This document shows positions 48,893-58,762 of a DNA stretch of 64,000 bases, one piece after another. Origin of the DNA: Candidatus Multivoradales bacterium (lineage in GTDB: Bacteria; Acidobacteriota; Thermoanaerobaculia; Multivoradales; Multivoraceae); the NCBI GenBank assembly GCA_965223325.1, contig CBDCWI010000002.1, positions 3,104,001-3,168,000 of the forward strand, given 5' to 3'. A program made the position numbers and the translations under genes. How positions within the stretch are numbered: position 1 is the first letter of the stretch; the number at the start of each line of letters is the position of its first letter. The notes under the pieces were generated by a model. That model was not told where the DNA came from, made no database searches, and saw only the letters and a list, made by a program, of their open reading frames with translations.

Positions 48893-50560
48893 TCAAGGGC
48901 CAGCCGAGGCGGTGGCCGCAGCGGCGCTCGGCGCCGGCGACCAGACGAAGACGCCGCCCTGCCCCGGGCAACGGGGAGTGAAGCCGAGCAGCTTCTCACT
49001 CCCCGACTCACCGGCGAGGGTCTGCAGGACTTCGTCGCGGCCATCACCATCGAGGTCGGCAAGAGTGGTCTGGTAGCCACCGCACCACACGTGCTGAGGG
49101 CCAGCCGCCAGCTCGGGCGAGTCCTCGATCCGAAACCGTCCGTCGCCGATGCCGAGAAACGCCATGAGGCTGCCCTCGCGACCAGCGGCGACAAAGTCCA
49201 CCACGCCGTCGCCGTTGAGGTCACCGATACCGAGACTCGTCCAACCCGAACCGCGCGACTCTTCATAGAGCAGCTGGCGCTGGTAGCTGCGCCCCGTGCC
49301 GTCGTTCCAGTAGGCGTCAATGCCGCTGTACTCGACACCTCCAACCATCAAGCGAAAGGTGAGCAGGATGTCGATGTCGTTGTCACCATCGAGGTCGCCG
49401 GTCGCAACGCTGCGCACGATCTCACGGCGACGCAACTCGAGGTCGATGGTCTCGAAACCGACTTCGTCGGCATGAAAGTGGACCAGTCCCCTATCGCTCA
49501 ACGACTTGGTGTCGGTGACCAGCTCGGGATGCCCATCGCCATCGAGATCGGCGACCAGAACCTTGTCCCCGATCGCCAGATCGTTCTGATCGAGCGGAGC
49601 GGTCGTCCAGTTCCCTTTGCCATCGTTGAGAAAGAGGCGTTTGCCACGCAGCGTGTCGACGCCATCCATGAAAGCCTGAGGACTGCCCGCGCCCTCTGAG
49701 AGCGCCACGATGTCGGTTAAGCCATCGCGGTTCCAGTCGACGGCCGCGATCGCGCGTGAGCTGTAGGCGCCGGTCACTCTGCCGCGAGTGGGGGCCATCG
49801 GTAGGCCCTCACCCCAGATCTCGAACTCGCCCTTCTTGACCTGGCGGAACGACACCAGGCCACGCAGGTGGATCGCGAGCACCAGGTCGGGCAGACCGTC
49901 CTCGTCGAGGTCGGTGACCTCAACGTCACCGTAGTCCCACTCGAAGGCCGGCATTTTGGGCGACCAACGAGTGAACCCACCCTTGCCGTCGCCGAGGAAC
50001 ATCGGCGGGGCCACGAAGCTCTTGCGCGGCGGAGCGTGCACCATGTCGAGGTGGCCATCGGCGTTGATGTCTGCCAGGTCGAAGCCGTTGCGCCACTGGC
50101 CGCCCTCCGGCAAGCCAGCGAGCTTGGTGAACGTCAGGGTGTCGCCCTTCGCCATCGCCGGCGCCACTTCACCGCGCCAGTTCTCGGCGATCGTTGCCTC
50201 TCTGGCCGCCGGGTGTGGCTTCGGCTTGTAGAGCTTGATGTACAGAAAGTCGTCGTCGTGCGAGTGCACTGGCACGCGCGGCAGATGGGGCAGCCGAACC
50301 AACGTCTGCTCTTCGTTGAGAAAGCGGTAGCGACCCTCGATCTTGGGCACCTTCTCGAGCATGTAGGCCCCGCCCTCGTCCTCGAGCGGGTAGTCCAGCT
50401 CAGCGGCTGCCGGCACCGCCGCCGGCGCCGGAGCCTCCTGCGCGCGGACAGCCGTCGCAGGAAGCGAAAGGGCAAGCACCACGAACAGGCCGGCCCATGA
50501 CCAGCGCGCGACAGGACGCGGCTTCGGAAGGGAAAACGAGGGGTTCATCGGCTTCTCCAA
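48893..50560 (-). CDS. secreted FG-GAP/VCBS repeat beta-propeller protein
   Basis: Repeated D.N/D.DG..D motifs (DINADGHLD, DLDEDGLPD, DWNRDGLTD, DLNGDGVVD) and a signal peptide. Confidence 0.88.
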   Translation of the reverse strand: MEKPMNPSFSLPKPRPVARWSWAGLFVVLALSLPATAVRAQEAPAPAAVPAAAELDYPLEDEGGAYMLEKVPKIEGRYRFLNEEQTLVRLPHLPRVPVHSHDDDFLYIKLYKPKPHPAAREATIAENWRGEVAPAMAKGDTLTFTKLAGLPEGGQWRNGFDLADINADGHLDMVHAPPRKSFVAPPMFLGDGKGGFTRWSPKMPAFEWDYGDVEVTDLDEDGLPDLVLAIHLRGLVSFRQVKKGEFEIWGEGLPMAPTRGRVTGAYSSRAIAAVDWNRDGLTDIVALSEGAGSPQAFMDGVDTLRGKRLFLNDGKGNWTTAPLDQNDLAIGDKVLVADLDGDGHPELVTDTKSLSDRGLVHFHADEVGFETIDLELRRREIVRSVATGDLDGDNDIDILLTFRLMVGGVEYSGIDAYWNDGTGRSYQRQLLYEESRGSGWTSLGIGDLNGDGVVDFVAAGREGSLMAFLGIGDGRFRIEDSPELAAGPQHVWCGGYQTTLADLDGDGRDEVLQTLAGESGSEKLLGFTPRCPGQGGVFVWSPAPSAAAATASAGP

Positions 50561-51029
50561 GGGTGGAAACGTCTCTGAGGTTCCGGGTCAAAACGATATC
50601 TGGATCGCAGGCTGAAGGTGGACCGGCGGCCGCCGGACCAGGTGGGGGCGCGCGTGGAGCGCTGTCGCCGAGGCGTCCTGCACCCTCGACACTGTCTGAA
50701 CGCCCCTGCCCGAGACCGGTTCCGCACCGGGTGAGCACCGGCTCGGGGAGCGACCGCAGCGACGGGAGAGCGTAGAGGCCTCAGTCACGCACCCCCCGGA
50801 CGGGCCCCAGTGCTCTCGAGCATACGGAAAAGCCGCGGTTCTGATGGCGCGGAGTCTAGCAGTCCGGGACATGGAGCCGCGCCCTCGAGGGCCGCCAGGC
50901 ATCGCGCTCTCCGATTGACCCGCTATGGCCTCCGGGCGTATGATTCGGTGTTCTCCGCGTGGGTCCACACCGCTTCCTTTCGGTGGAACTCGCCTCAACC
51001 GATGCCTCCCAGGGCGATCGGTACTCCTT

Positions 51030-52067
51030 ATGACCGTCATCAACTTCCCCGCCCCGCCGTTCGCCGGACCACTCGCGTCCGAGCGCAAGAGGCGTTTGCC
51101 CACCGCCGCGCCGGAGGTTCCGTCGGCACCGATCGACGCCGCGCCTCAGTCCGCCGCTGGCGTCGACTGGCGGGCGCGTTTCGAAGGCCTGCGCGATCAG
51201 GCGCGCGAAGCGACGGCTGCGGGCGACCTGACCGGCGCACTCACGCTGCTCGAAGAAGCAGAGGAAGCAGCGCAGCTCACCGGTGACCCCGAGCTTCGGG
51301 ATCTGGCCCTTTGCAACCGGGCGGCCCTGGCGGTCGAGCTCGATCAGGCCGACGATCTGGTCGAACCCCTTCGCGCGGTGCTCAGCGAAGATCGTAAGGC
51401 CGACACTTCGATGCTGGCGGCCTACCAGCTGGGCCGCGCTTTCGAGCTCGCCGGCGACGCGCGCAAGGCGTGCTACTACGCTCGCCTGGCGTGTGACCGC
51501 TCGAATGAAGGTATCTCGGAGGGCATCGAGCCGGCTCATCGAGCAGCGGCTCGCAACCTGCTCGGCAACAGCCTGCTGGCGGAACATCAGACCGCCGAGG
51601 CGGTCCCGGTCTATCTCGAGGCTCTGGCCCTCATGCCGGCAGCCGATGAAGTCCGGCGTGCGCAGGTGGTCGAGAACCTCGGTTACTGCTTGCTACTCGA
51701 CGGGGCACTCGACCGCGCACTGCCATTGTTGTGGTGGAGCCTTCGCACCCAGCGTCGTTACGGCGCGCTGCGCAGCACCATCTCGACGCATATCGATCTC
51801 TGTTTCGCGCACCTCGAACGTGGCCGTCCCGCACAGGCCCGCCGTCACGGTGAGCGCGCCCTTGCGCTGGCGACCGAGTTCGAAGACACCCGCAACGAAC
51901 GTCATGCACTCTACCTGCTCGGCGAAGTCGCCGCCGAAGAAGGCAACGAACGGCTTGCCTTCGAGTGGTTCCAGGAGCTGCAGCAGCGCTTCTACCCCGA
52001 AGATCCGCAGATCGCCGGCCGCCTCCTGGCCGTTGGAATGCGCTCGATGGTGAACTTCAAGGCCTGA
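51030..52067 (+). CDS. tetratricopeptide repeat protein
   Basis: Repeated TPR patterns (AYQLGRAFE, RNLLGNSLL, ENLGYCLL, LYLLGEV); no signal peptide. Confidence 0.82.
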   Translation: MTVINFPAPPFAGPLASERKRRLPTAAPEVPSAPIDAAPQSAAGVDWRARFEGLRDQAREATAAGDLTGALTLLEEAEEAAQLTGDPELRDLALCNRAALAVELDQADDLVEPLRAVLSEDRKADTSMLAAYQLGRAFELAGDARKACYYARLACDRSNEGISEGIEPAHRAAARNLLGNSLLAEHQTAEAVPVYLEALALMPAADEVRRAQVVENLGYCLLLDGALDRALPLLWWSLRTQRRYGALRSTISTHIDLCFAHLERGRPAQARRHGERALALATEFEDTRNERHALYLLGEVAAEEGNERLAFEWFQELQQRFYPEDPQIAGRLLAVGMRSMVNFKA

Positions 52068-52074
52068 CCCGAAG

Positions 52075-53454
52075 ATGACGTGCACCCTCCATCGACGCAC
52101 CCTCCGCGGAAGGCCTGGCCGCCTCGCCTTGGCGGTTGTCCTGGCTGTCTGTTGGTTCGGCGCCCAGGCAGTCGCTGCCCAGCAAAGCGTACTCGGACCC
52201 GACGGGCAGGTTTTCAGGGCGCGCACTGGAACCTACGGCGAGCTCTTTCCGAACGGTCACGAGACCAACGCTTCCGACCCGGTCGTAGCTCTAGAAATCG
52301 TCGATGACAACGCCATCGAGCGCATCGCTGTCCCGGCGAGCCTCGACGACGCGATCGAGGGCAACCCGTCGATTCTTCTCGACACCGCCGGCGATCGCGA
52401 CACGCTCTACCTGGTGTGGACGAGCACTCTGCGCTCGTACTACAGCCGAGTGGTCATCGTGGCGCGTGAGAACGGCACCTGGGGTGAGCCAATCGAGATC
52501 TCCGGCGACCCCTTCACCTCCAAGGGTCCCGCCCGTGTCGCCGTCACCCGCGACCAGCTCGAACGCGACGGTGAGACCGTCACCCGTACCGTCCTCCACA
52601 CCGTGTGGTGGGAGAACGGCGGCGAACACGGTTCGCAGGTGGCCTACGCGCCCATCGTCCTGGTTGACGGCGCAATGAGCGGCATCAACGATCTCTACCG
52701 CCTGAACCCTTTCGGCCCCGAGGAGCCGGTTGACGCCGCCCTGCCCTCAGACGCCCTCGTCCAGGCGCCCGCCATCATCGCCGGCAACGGCCACAGCACG
52801 ATCGCAGCGTTCGCCGACGCGCGCACCCGGCGCCTCGTCACCTTAGAGCTCAGCCCCATTCCGGCAGCACTCGAAGTCGTCGGCGATGGCCTGCATGAGT
52901 TTCTTCGAACTCAGGCGGCCAGGACCTGCCAGAACGGCGGCACCGAAGCGCTGATCGCGGCGGGCCGCAACTACATCACCGAAGCGGCTACCGCTCTCCA
53001 CCCGAGTCTTTCGTTGTTTCTCGCCGCTTCGCTCGCCGATCACCTGGCGGATGCGGGCTGTCCAGAAGCCAACGCCTCCAACGACGAGCTCGAGGCGATC
53101 GCAGAAGAAGGTCGCTCGCACATCATCCTGATCGGAGCGCGCACCTCTTCTGAAGTGCGGCTGGATCGCGGGCGCTCGCACATCATTCTGATCGGCGTTC
53201 GCGAGCGCGCTCGCTACCAGGGCGCCGTTCGCCGGCTCGAAACCAGGCGCGCGCCAGGCACCGGCAACGCCCCTACCGAGATGCTCCTGTCGCGCGATGG
53301 GTCGCGCGTCCTGGTTGCCTGGCAACCGACCGCTGACCGCATCCACTACCGCGAGTCGGAAGGCTCCGGCTGGAGCCAGGTCAACCGCCTACAGCTCGAC
53401 GACGAGTTGACGCTCGAACAGGCGCGCCGCGTGCTGGTCGAACGCATCCAGTAG
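52075..53454 (+). CDS. secreted hypothetical protein with duplicated GRSHIILIG motif
   Basis: Signal peptide ending AQAVAA; starts 7 bp after the TPR stop; motif at 53110-53136 and 53170-53196. Confidence 0.75.
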   Translation: MTCTLHRRTLRGRPGRLALAVVLAVCWFGAQAVAAQQSVLGPDGQVFRARTGTYGELFPNGHETNASDPVVALEIVDDNAIERIAVPASLDDAIEGNPSILLDTAGDRDTLYLVWTSTLRSYYSRVVIVARENGTWGEPIEISGDPFTSKGPARVAVTRDQLERDGETVTRTVLHTVWWENGGEHGSQVAYAPIVLVDGAMSGINDLYRLNPFGPEEPVDAALPSDALVQAPAIIAGNGHSTIAAFADARTRRLVTLELSPIPAALEVVGDGLHEFLRTQAARTCQNGGTEALIAAGRNYITEAATALHPSLSLFLAASLADHLADAGCPEANASNDELEAIAEEGRSHIILIGARTSSEVRLDRGRSHIILIGVRERARYQGAVRRLETRRAPGTGNAPTEMLLSRDGSRVLVAWQPTADRIHYRESEGSGWSQVNRLQLDDELTLEQARRVLVERIQ

Positions 53455-53485
53455 ACGCCACAAGGTCCCCGGCGGGGGGAGCGTC

Positions 53486-54850
53486 TCAGCTGCCGGCAGC
53501 GAGACGATCGCCGGCCGGTGGGCGCCAGCTGAGCTCGCGCCGAAGACGTTCGCGCTCGGCCTCGAAGGCCGCCCGTTGGGCGTCGTCGATGGGTTCGGCG
53601 GGTGGATTGTCATCGGCCAGCCGGAGGGGGTCCATGTAGCGCCCGTTGCGCTTGACGCGGTAGTCGAGGTGAGGGCCGGTCGCGAGACCCGTCTTGCCGA
53701 CGTAGCCGATGACCTGCCCCTGGACTACCCGCGCACCGCGACTGATGCCTTCGGCGTAGCGCGACAGATGCAGGTAGGCGGTTTCGAAGCCATTGGTGTG
53801 GCGTACCTTGACGACCTTGCCGCCGCCCTTGTCCCAGGCTGCAAACGAGACGGTGCCGCTCGCCGTCACGCGTACCGCGGTTCCGACCGGGGCACCGTAG
53901 TCGACCCCATAGTGCGGCCGATAGGTCTTGAGAACCGGGTGGAACCTGCGGTTTGTGTACTTGGAGGTCACCCGCGAATAGGGCAACGGAGATCGCAGGA
54001 ACTGCTTGCGTAGCGGTCGGCCCTCGGCATCGAAGTAGGCGCCGTCTTCACCGAAGCGGTAGGCCTCGAGCTGCCTCGACCCGTTCTCGTAGACCAGGGC
54101 CTCAACCGAGCCGACCCGGTGAAACTCGCCGTCGAGCTGGATCTCCTGCCACGCCACCCAGAACCGATCGCCAGCACGTAGGTCGCGGTTGAAGTCGATA
54201 TCCCACTGCAGGACGTCGGCCATCGCCAGGCTGAGGACAGCCGGCGCACCCGCCGCCCGTAGAGAACCCTCGAGTGACCCTTCGAGGGCCCCGAACGCGA
54301 CCCGTTCGGTCACCGAGCGTTGGAACGGCTCCACCTCGGGATGCCATCGCTCTCCACGCCTCTCGATGTGCAGCTTGCCTTCTTCGGCGATCGTCCAGGA
54401 AATCAGTTGCGGCTCGTGGTCTTCTGAGTGCCAGACCGCATAGTCGTCGCCGGCGCGCAAGGCACGCGGGTCGATCACCCTGGCGACGGCGCGCCCGGCC
54501 TCGACAACCGCCTCACGTTCCAGCCCCGCCCGCTCGAGAATCCGTTCGATGGTGTCTCCGCGGGTGAACTGAGCCACCTGCGGCACCATCGACTCGTCGA
54601 TCTGGGTCGCCAACCTGGGATCGCCGGGGCTTCCACCACCCCAGGGCACCGTCACGGTCATCGGGTAGGGCGACGCCGCCATCGTCTCGAGCCTGTCGGT
54701 CGCTGCGACCAGAAGACCAGAGACAGCCGCTAGTCCGGCCAGCACCCCGAGCCGCAGCCCAAGAGAAGGCGAGCGGCCTGGGCGCTCAACTACCGGAGAT
54801 TGTTGTGGCTGGGAAGCGGGTTCTGTCGTCGAGCGCTGGGCTGGGTCCAT
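53486..54850 (-). CDS. M23 family peptidoglycan DD-metalloendopeptidase (MepM-like)
   Basis: HYGVDYGAP.GT, YLHLS and ATGPHLDY motifs. Confidence 0.93.
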   Translation of the reverse strand: MDPAQRSTTEPASQPQQSPVVERPGRSPSLGLRLGVLAGLAAVSGLLVAATDRLETMAASPYPMTVTVPWGGGSPGDPRLATQIDESMVPQVAQFTRGDTIERILERAGLEREAVVEAGRAVARVIDPRALRAGDDYAVWHSEDHEPQLISWTIAEEGKLHIERRGERWHPEVEPFQRSVTERVAFGALEGSLEGSLRAAGAPAVLSLAMADVLQWDIDFNRDLRAGDRFWVAWQEIQLDGEFHRVGSVEALVYENGSRQLEAYRFGEDGAYFDAEGRPLRKQFLRSPLPYSRVTSKYTNRRFHPVLKTYRPHYGVDYGAPVGTAVRVTASGTVSFAAWDKGGGKVVKVRHTNGFETAYLHLSRYAEGISRGARVVQGQVIGYVGKTGLATGPHLDYRVKRNGRYMDPLRLADDNPPAEPIDDAQRAAFEAERERLRRELSWRPPAGDRLAAGS

Positions 54851-54986
54851 GTGGCGTAGCTCTCTCGTTGCCGACTTGAAGAAGAGCCCACAGGGGGCCC
54901 AACATTCGCCGGCAGGGGGTGCCAGCAGCCCAGCAATCTAGCACAGCCAGAGACCTCGAACGCGCCGCCTGGGACCCGTAACTCGC

Positions 54987-55466
54987 TCAGGGAGAAAGAC
55001 CTGCGGCCTTCAGGGTCGCCGCGGTGTCGGCCGGTAGGGGGCCCGCGTACTTGACCGTTCCACCCTCGAGAACGACCAGTCCCGGGAGGGCGGAGACAGC
55101 GTGTCGCTTGGCGAAGTCGCCGTTGGGATCGAGCAGCAGCCCGGCCTTCGCCTGGTTACCGACAAAGCTCCTGACCGCAGAGGCTTCTTCCTGGAAGGCC
55201 ACCAGGCTCACCTGTGCCCGACCGCCGAGCGCTTGTACGAGGTCGTTGGACGTCGCCACGACGCCACGGCAACGCGGTGACCAGGAGGCAAAGACCACGA
55301 GAACCTGCGTGCCACTCGAAAGCGAGGATGCAGCCGAGGCGCCATCGAGGCTGGTCAGGCCCTCGCCACTGGCAAAGAGGCCGCCAGGAGCGAGCAAGAG
55401 AACCAACGCCGCCAAGAGAATCCCAAGGCCTGATCCAGCCTTGTTCACTTGCTTCCAGGGCTTCAT
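54987..55466 (-). CDS. exported TlpA/thioredoxin-fold protein with SxxC (WSPRC) site
   Basis: Signal peptide, LVVFASWSPRC, LLDPNGDFA and cis-Pro ALP. Confidence 0.78.
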   Translation of the reverse strand: MKPWKQVNKAGSGLGILLAALVLLLAPGGLFASGEGLTSLDGASAASSLSSGTQVLVVFASWSPRCRGVVATSNDLVQALGGRAQVSLVAFQEEASAVRSFVGNQAKAGLLLDPNGDFAKRHAVSALPGLVVLEGGTVKYAGPLPADTAATLKAAGLSP

Positions 55467-55557
55467 CGTTTCCTCCCCGCGAGGTCGCCGCGGTCGTCTC
55501 TTCTTTGGCAGGAGCACAGAGCGCCCGCCATCGACGAACTCTGAATCGAAACTGAGG

Positions 55558-55797
55558 TTACTGCGGCTGACTGTTGCGGTGCTCGAACCCGGTGAGGATT
55601 CGTAGCCGCAAGCGGCTCGGCGCATCCACGCGGCCGCAGCGCTCCCGCACCACCTCGAGGAAGCGCCGCACGTAGACAGCTTCACGAGCGCAGTCTTGGC
55701 AAGTCTCGATCCGCCCGCGTACCTCTGCGGCCAGGTCATCGTCCAACTCGCCGTCTGCAGCTCGAAAAAGCAGTTCGGTCATCCGTTCTCGCTCCAT
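55558..55797 (-). CDS. RsrA/RshA-like anti-sigma factor (degenerate zf-HC2)
   Basis: DGEL...RIETCQDC...RC..DAPSRLRLRI; lies downstream of the ECF sigma. Confidence 0.8.
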   Translation of the reverse strand: MERERMTELLFRAADGELDDDLAAEVRGRIETCQDCAREAVYVRRFLEVVRERCGRVDAPSRLRLRILTGFEHRNSQPQ

Positions 55798-55972
55798 GAT
55801 CCCACCTCATCATCGCCAGTACTGCGGCTTCTGACGGTTCACTGGGTCTCGGGCAAGCTTCGTTCGGGTTCATGGCACCCTCGCGGGGAGGGTGCGCCCA
55901 TGGGGAGTTTCGCAAATCCAGGGGCCCGGACGGGCGTTCTGCCTGAGACAAATCGTCCTTACAGGTCCCTAG

Positions 55973-55998
55973 AACCATGTCGCTTCCACGCTTATTCC
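55973..55998 (-). promoter_or_regulatory. SigR/SigH-type ECF promoter GGAAT-N18-GTT
   Basis: Minus strand GGAAT-aagcgtggaagcgacatg-GTT between the sigma and anti-sigma genes. Confidence 0.65.
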
Positions 55999-56064
55999 TG
56001 CAGGCTGACCGAGAGCGGCGAACGACTTTGCCGCCCCTCTCGGGGTTTCCTCGCCGGCCCTCGG

Positions 56065-56682
56065 TCAGGATGCCGCCTGGCGACTCCGCATCTTGCTGGG
56101 TTCGCCTTCGATGTAGCCATGCTGCCGGGCATAGTCGAGCATGGTTTTCTCGAGCTGGCGGCGGCCCCGGTAGAGCCGGCTCATCACCGTCCCCAGAGGA
56201 ATGTCGAGGATTTCGGCGATCTCCTTGTAGGAGAAGTCCTCGAGATCGGCCAGGAGCACCACCATTCGATAGTCCTCGGACAGACCATCGAGGGCTCGCT
56301 GCACATCCTCGTCGAGCACGTGCTCGAGCAATTCCTCTTCCGGGTTGAGGTTGCGCCGCAGAACTTCGTCGGAGACCCGACTCTCGAAGATGTCCTCGAT
56401 CTCTGAGAAGGCGCTCTGGACGGGGCGGTTCTGCTGCTTGCGGTAGTTGTTGATGAAGGTGTTCTTGAGGATCTTGAAGATCCAGGCCTTGAAGTTCGTG
56501 CCTTCCTGGAACTTGTCGTAGTACTTGTAGGCCTTGAAATAGGCCTCCTGCACCAGGTCCTCGGCATCCTGCGCGTTGCGCGTCATGCGGTAGGCCGTGT
56601 TGTACAGGCTATTGACGAACGGCATCGCCGCCGCCTCGAAATCCCATCCGGTCTTGTGGTCTGCTGTGTGTTGCTGCGTCAT
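56065..56682 (-). CDS. ECF RNA polymerase sigma factor (SigR/SigH-like)
   Basis: LYNTAYRMTRN..DAEDLVQE, GTNFKAW and SYKEIAEILDIPLGTVMSRLYRGR motifs. Confidence 0.93.
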   Translation of the reverse strand: MTQQHTADHKTGWDFEAAAMPFVNSLYNTAYRMTRNAQDAEDLVQEAYFKAYKYYDKFQEGTNFKAWIFKILKNTFINNYRKQQNRPVQSAFSEIEDIFESRVSDEVLRRNLNPEEELLEHVLDEDVQRALDGLSEDYRMVVLLADLEDFSYKEIAEILDIPLGTVMSRLYRGRRQLEKTMLDYARQHGYIEGEPSKMRSRQAAS

Positions 56683-56991
56683 GGTCTCTACCCTCCCGCG
56701 CCGGCCCGTCGATCAGTAAGGGGCGTTGGTTGCCCCGCTCCGGGGCCGTCGCTCACCCCCGTATAGAGCATGTTCGGTGCCAGGCAGGAAACGGATCCGC
56801 CGAGGACGGCGAGCAGGTCAGGAACTCCAGTTTTCAGGGCTTCCCAAGCCTTGCCTTACGGGCACCAAACCCCCACCAGACCTCTCTTGAGGACGTCCCG
56901 TCACCAGAATCGGAGGCCAAAAAGTCAGGGCCCAACGGGCCTCGACATGCCGTCTCGGCACGTTCGCTGCCGCCAGACACCCAAACACAAC

Positions 56992-57027
56992 AAAAGCCGG
57001 TCGACCTCGACGTGAGGTGACCGGCTT
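56992..57027 (-). terminator. Rho-independent terminator after atpE
   Basis: Minus strand AAGCCGGTCACCTC-ACGTC-GAGGTCGACCGGCTTTT. Confidence 0.75.
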
Positions 57028-57078
57028 CGTTCGGGCGTGCTGCCCACTTTTCGGGAAAACCCGAAGAGGCGTTGGGGA

Positions 57079-57402
57079 CTAGCCCCTCATCAAGAACACC
57101 ATGACCCAGGTGAAGATGACCAGGGATTCCATGAAGGCCAGCGCCAGCAGGAGGGCGGTCTGGATGGCACCGCCGGCGCCCGGGTTGCGGGCGATACCGG
57201 CAGCGGCTTCGCCCGCCGCGCGGCCCTGGCCGAGGGCACCGCCGGCAGCGGCGATTCCCAGGCCGAGAACGGCGAGACCGAGGCCGAGGCCAATGCCTCC
57301 ACCGTCACCGCCAGCCTCGGCGGCCATGGCAGGCATCGAAAACAGCACGCTCAAAAAGGCGCTGCTGATGAGAATGATCGTGATTCGCGACAACTTTCGC
57401 AT
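57079..57402 (-). CDS. atpE: ATP synthase F0 subunit c
   Basis: GLGIAAAGGALGQG, ARNP and LAFMESL motifs; N-terminal signal-like extension. Confidence 0.95.
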   Translation of the reverse strand: MRKLSRITIILISSAFLSVLFSMPAMAAEAGGDGGGIGLGLGLAVLGLGIAAAGGALGQGRAAGEAAAGIARNPGAGGAIQTALLLALAFMESLVIFTWVMVFLMRG

Positions 57403-57531
57403 CGGTGGTGTTCCTCCGGTTGCACGACCCCCTGAGCCTGGACGGGCGCCTCGGAGGCACCTGTCATGGCTGCGGTTGTGTGCGTTCTATCGTGAGCGTA
57501 CTGAGACGGGTGTGCAGGGCGACACCCGGGA

Positions 57532-58266
57532 CTAGTGATCCTCGGCTTCGGCGCCGGCAATATACAACGTGGTGAGCATGATGAAGATGAACGTCTGGAT
57601 GAAGGCTGCAAACAGCCCCAGCGCCATCAGGGGAAGCGGCAAGAGAAAGGGGATGAGAGCAGCAAAAATACCGACCGCGACATGCTCACCGAAGATGTTG
57701 CCGTAGAGACGCAGCCCCAGCGAGAACAGCCGGGCGGCATGACTGATGATCTCGATCGGCAGCATGAGCGGCCACAGCCACATGGGCGGCGGGCCCGGGC
57801 CCAGGAACTGCTTCAAATACGAGAAGCCGTGCTGCCTGACCCCCATCAAGTGGTAGATGACGATCGCCGTCGCTGACAGCGCGAAGGTCACGCTGGCGTT
57901 CTGGGTCGGCGGTTGAAGAAAAAAGAACCCGCCGCTCAAGTTGGACAAGAAGATGAAAACCGCAAAGGTACCGATGAGCGGCAAGAACCGCCTTGCCCCG
58001 TTGTGCGGTATCGCATCATCGAGCATCTTCGCCATCGCTTCGAAGACGACTTCGATGACGTGCTGGATCTTGCCCGGACTCTCTTTCTTCAGTGAGCGTG
58101 AAAGCGGAATGAAGACGGCAGCCGCGAAGGTCACTACCGCGAACGACATGACCACGTGGTCGGGAATGTCGACCTGGCCGAAGCGCGCGTCGAGCCCGGT
58201 GGCCGAGAGAATACCGTCCCAGGCAGCGTTCACCGGCTCGTAGAAGATGGAGTGCTGGCCCGCCAT
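57532..58266 (-). CDS. atpB: ATP synthase F0 subunit a
   Basis: PIEIISHAARLFSLGLRLYGNIFGEH and IQTFIFIMLTTLYI motifs. Confidence 0.95.
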   Translation of the reverse strand: MAGQHSIFYEPVNAAWDGILSATGLDARFGQVDIPDHVVMSFAVVTFAAAVFIPLSRSLKKESPGKIQHVIEVVFEAMAKMLDDAIPHNGARRFLPLIGTFAVFIFLSNLSGGFFFLQPPTQNASVTFALSATAIVIYHLMGVRQHGFSYLKQFLGPGPPPMWLWPLMLPIEIISHAARLFSLGLRLYGNIFGEHVAVGIFAALIPFLLPLPLMALGLFAAFIQTFIFIMLTTLYIAGAEAEDH

Positions 58267-58345
58267 GATGGTCGCTCGTGTCGTCGTCTGGGGTAAAGAG
58301 GTGGCGGACGTTCCCTTGGCCTTTCGGCTGCGAGGCGCGCTCCGC

Positions 58346-58762
58346 TTACGGTTTCTGGCGTATCTGTTTGGCTCTCTGGGCCTCACCTCTCGCCACCCGC
58401 AAAACCGCCTCCGCAACCAGCCCGATGGGGATAACTGCAAAGCCGAGCAGGATGGGAAGGAGGCTTGCCTGAGCCCGGCCTGCGTACAGCATCAAACCAA
58501 CGAGACCGAACAAGAAGCCCAGCCGGAGCAGCAAGAGCAGGCTGTTTCGGGCTCCAAGCCCGCCACTAGGGCGCGGTTCGAGGAGCGAAACCTGCAGCTG
58601 CAACAGCCTGAAATTGACGATACTGAGCACCGCTGAGAGTGTCAAGACGAGGGCCCCCCGAAAGCCCCAGCGAAAAGCGGCGAAGGCAGCACAGAGAAGC
58701 GCCGCCAGAACGGCAAAGCGAACGATCCGACGAACCTCGGCCGCACCAGCCAGGACCATCAC
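58346..58762 (-). CDS. atpI: ATP synthase subunit I
   Basis: Four hydrophobic segments, directly upstream of atpB. Confidence 0.7.
   Translation of the reverse strand: MMVLAGAAEVRRIVRFAVLAALLCAAFAAFRWGFRGALVLTLSAVLSIVNFRLLQLQVSLLEPRPSGGLGARNSLLLLLRLGFLFGLVGLMLYAGRAQASLLPILLGFAVIPIGLVAEAVLRVARGEAQRAKQIRQKP

Noticed and set aside
55798-55812. In-frame TGA TGA upstream of the anti-sigma as selenocysteine recoding
   Set aside because: A plausible RBS and ATG follow directly, and no SECIS-like element was identified.
57079-57402. Na+-coupled ATP synthase
   Set aside because: It has Q and ES but reads ESLVIF rather than the EST..Y Na+ signature, so it is more likely H+-coupled.
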